Notes under the pieces: model-generated
The model's database searches: none
Seen by the model: the letters and a program-made list of their open reading frames with translations, nothing else
What the model was told of the DNA's origin: nothing
Position numbers and translations under genes: made by a program
DNA from: Candidatus Poribacteria bacterium
GTDB taxonomy: Bacteria; Poribacteria; WGA-4E; PCPOR2b
Assembly (NCBI GenBank): GCA_965208325.1
Contig: OZ242326.1
Location: 3,808,001-3,872,000 of the forward strand
Direction: 5' to 3'
DNA length: 64,000 nucleotides
Shown here: positions 61,863-64,000 of the stretch, piece by piece
How positions within the stretch are numbered: the stretch's first letter is position 1
How the letters are laid out: every line of letters starts with the position of its first letter

Positions 61863-64000
61863 ATGAAGCAATTTTCCATATACCTCCTTTTCATCTTATC
61901 CTTCCAATCCAACATTATATTTGGACAGGAATCCGAAACCCTCACCGGGGAAATTTTCGGTACAATCTATCAAGAAGGCATTAATCAGCCCGTTCCATCA
62001 GCACGAGTTCGCATCGTCGAAACCGGCGCCCGCACAACGTCCGGTCCCACGGGCGAATTTCGATTCCGTAACCTTCCCGCCGGAGACTACACACTCGCCG
62101 CAACCGCATCCGGTTTTCTTCCCGCCGCTGGCGTAGCCGTCACGGTCAAACTTGATGAAACCACCCAACTTGAGATATATCTTGAGCCGGAGACAGTTCT
62201 GCTTGATGAGGTTGAGGTGACGACCGATCGTCCGGCGTCGACCGTCGGACGAGAGACTCTGGGCGGTTCCGAGATTCAGCGCGTCCCCGGTGCCATTGGC
62301 GATTCCCTGCGAGCGCTGCAAGCCCTGCCCAGTGTCGGTGTCGCAAACGACTTCAGCGGCGCCCTTTATATTCGCGGCGGATCCGACGAGGACAACCTCT
62401 ACTACTTCGACCGCGTGCCAATCGGCTATCCCTATCATTTCGGCGGGATTGTCTCCTCACTCAGTTCCGAAATTATTGAGCGAATCGACGTTTACGCCGG
62501 CGGTTACGGCGCCGAGTTCGGCGTTGATTCCCAGGCGGTAATTGACATCTTTTCGCGGGACGAAAACACGGATGGGTTTCGGTCAAAGTTCAACGTCAAC
62601 CTGCTCTATTCCGAAGGGCTGGTGGAGGGGAAACTTGGAGATCAGGGGTTCTGGTATCTTGCCGGACGGCGGAGCTACATCGATTTTTTCTTGAGTTCGG
62701 TGTCGTTTGACACTGGACAAATCACCAGCTTCCCGCGGTTCTGGGATTATCAGGTAAAGGCCGGTTATGACCTCTCTGATAAACACCAACTCTCCGCGAA
62801 CGTGTTTGCTTCAGGCGACAGCTTTGCGCTCAAGCTCGACGGTGAAGATGTCGATGAGGACTTTAGAGGCAATCTCAACTTCGGAAGCGGGTTTGAGGGC
62901 GCAGGCGTTCACCTGCGTTCCCGTCTTACCAATCGGCTCTCATCTTTTCTATCATTGACCCGTTCCTATTTCGAATTCGATATCAACATCGGTGCTGGAT
63001 TATCTCTCAAAATTGATGCCCCGCAGTACAACCTCCGGGAAGACCTCGCCTACACGTTAACGCCGAAGCATCAACTCGAATCCGGCGTGATACTCGGCAT
63101 TGAGCCCGGTAAAGCCATCGGCACGTTCGCCCGCCCGCCCGATGAAGGTGAAGTTGATTACGACTTCCGGTTTGTCGAAAAGACAACTTTCGACGAATCG
63201 GTCGCGAGACGCCGTATGGAAATCTATCTGCAAGACCGCTATAGCGTGCTGCCGTTTTTGACAGTCGTGTTCGGTCTGCGTACCGACTACCTAAGCGGCA
63301 TAGACGAACTGTCCCTCCAACCGCGGGGGAGCCTCCTGCTAGGCATAGCGGACGGATCGCAACTCCAATTCGCTTACGGCAACTACAATCAGGTGCCAGG
63401 CCCGCCGAGACTGACCCGGAGCGTTGGGAACCCCAACCTCAGCACCAGCCAAGCGAACCACTATGTGTTGGAGTTCACGCGCCAAGTTTCGCCGGCAACG
63501 GAGTTTAAAGTCGCAGGTTACTACAAGAACCTTGCCGATCTTGCCACAGTCGACGCCGATGCGAGGTATCTTAACCAAGGTGTTGGGTATGCGCAAGGCA
63601 CTGAGGTGTTCCTCCGGCATCGCGCAGGAGATCGATTTTTGGGATGGGGCTCGTACGCCTATGGACTTTCCAAACGGCGCGACCGCCCTGATGAACCCTA
63701 TCGCTACTATTCGTTTGACCAAACGCACGTTGCTACGTTTGCGGCGACGTACAGGCCTGCGTCCACGTGGGAGGTTGGGGCAAAATGGCAATATCGAACC
63801 GGAAACCCTTACACACCAATTCTCGACGCGAATCTTGGCACTGATCCGCGCAACGGAGAGCCTATCTATTTCCCGCTCTACGCAGAGATAAATTCGGCGC
63901 GATTTCCGCCGTATCACCGATTGGATGTGAAGTTCAGCAAAGCATTTCGGTTTGATAGCTGGGAGATTGGCTTCTTTATCGAACTCCTGAACGTCTATAA
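61863..64000 (+). CDS. TonB-dependent receptor (runs off the window end)
   Basis: Hand translation from ATG 61863: signal peptide, LDEVEVT, YIRGGSDEDN, YHFGG; same frame at the end reads RFPPYHRLD...ELLNVY; missing from the ORF track, probably because it lacks a stop. Confidence 0.9.
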   Translation, partial: MKQFSIYLLFILSFQSNIIFGQESETLTGEIFGTIYQEGINQPVPSARVRIVETGARTTSGPTGEFRFRNLPAGDYTLAATASGFLPAAGVAVTVKLDETTQLEIYLEPETVLLDEVEVTTDRPASTVGRETLGGSEIQRVPGAIGDSLRALQALPSVGVANDFSGALYIRGGSDEDNLYYFDRVPIGYPYHFGGIVSSLSSEIIERIDVYAGGYGAEFGVDSQAVIDIFSRDENTDGFRSKFNVNLLYSEGLVEGKLGDQGFWYLAGRRSYIDFFLSSVSFDTGQITSFPRFWDYQVKAGYDLSDKHQLSANVFASGDSFALKLDGEDVDEDFRGNLNFGSGFEGAGVHLRSRLTNRLSSFLSLTRSYFEFDINIGAGLSLKIDAPQYNLREDLAYTLTPKHQLESGVILGIEPGKAIGTFARPPDEGEVDYDFRFVEKTTFDESVARRRMEIYLQDRYSVLPFLTVVFGLRTDYLSGIDELSLQPRGSLLLGIADGSQLQFAYGNYNQVPGPPRLTRSVGNPNLSTSQANHYVLEFTRQVSPATEFKVAGYYKNLADLATVDADARYLNQGVGYAQGTEVFLRHRAGDRFLGWGSYAYGLSKRRDRPDEPYRYYSFDQTHVATFAATYRPASTWEVGAKWQYRTGNPYTPILDANLGTDPRNGEPIYFPLYAEINSARFPPYHRLDVKFSKAFRFDSWEIGFFIELLNVY

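Noticed and set aside
61921..63917. Fragmentary ORFs suggesting a broken gene at the window end
   Set aside because: The frame from ATG 61863 matches the frame of the C-terminal receptor motifs; the listed ORFs are shadows.

Overview
64-kb bacterial chromosomal segment, most likely Candidatus Poribacteria. That assignment is an inference from secreted LamG-type proteins ending in AVEPxGKxxTxWxxLK and a WD40 protein with a C-terminal LLQNYPNPFNPETWIPYQL domain. The first ~46 kb is mostly housekeeping and metabolism (trpB, trpA, fabV, rph-rdgB, alr, purF-purM, bioA, glpD, aminotransferases, TonB receptor), plus three tandem LamG paralogues, an orphan FliG-like gene and a ferredoxin-membrane-Hsp20-like fusion. 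The 46-62 kb part is an accessory region dense in GTAG-type REP mosaics, toxin-antitoxin remnants, duplicated genes and an orphan type I hsdR. The main candidate novel system is a ~2.0-kb insertion (46607-48604) that encodes only two paralogous DUF1670-like proteins and no recognisable transposase. It is bounded by a perfect 13-bp subterminal inverted repeat and splits a repeated 12-bp-arm hairpin whose empty copies lie nearby. It also has an in-phase A-AAA-AAG -1 frameshift motif joining the two ORFs and a ~210-bp region without a long ORF at its right end. No rRNA, tRNA or CRISPR array was seen. Four single-base frameshifts look like assembly indels. All family calls come from motif recognition, not database searches.
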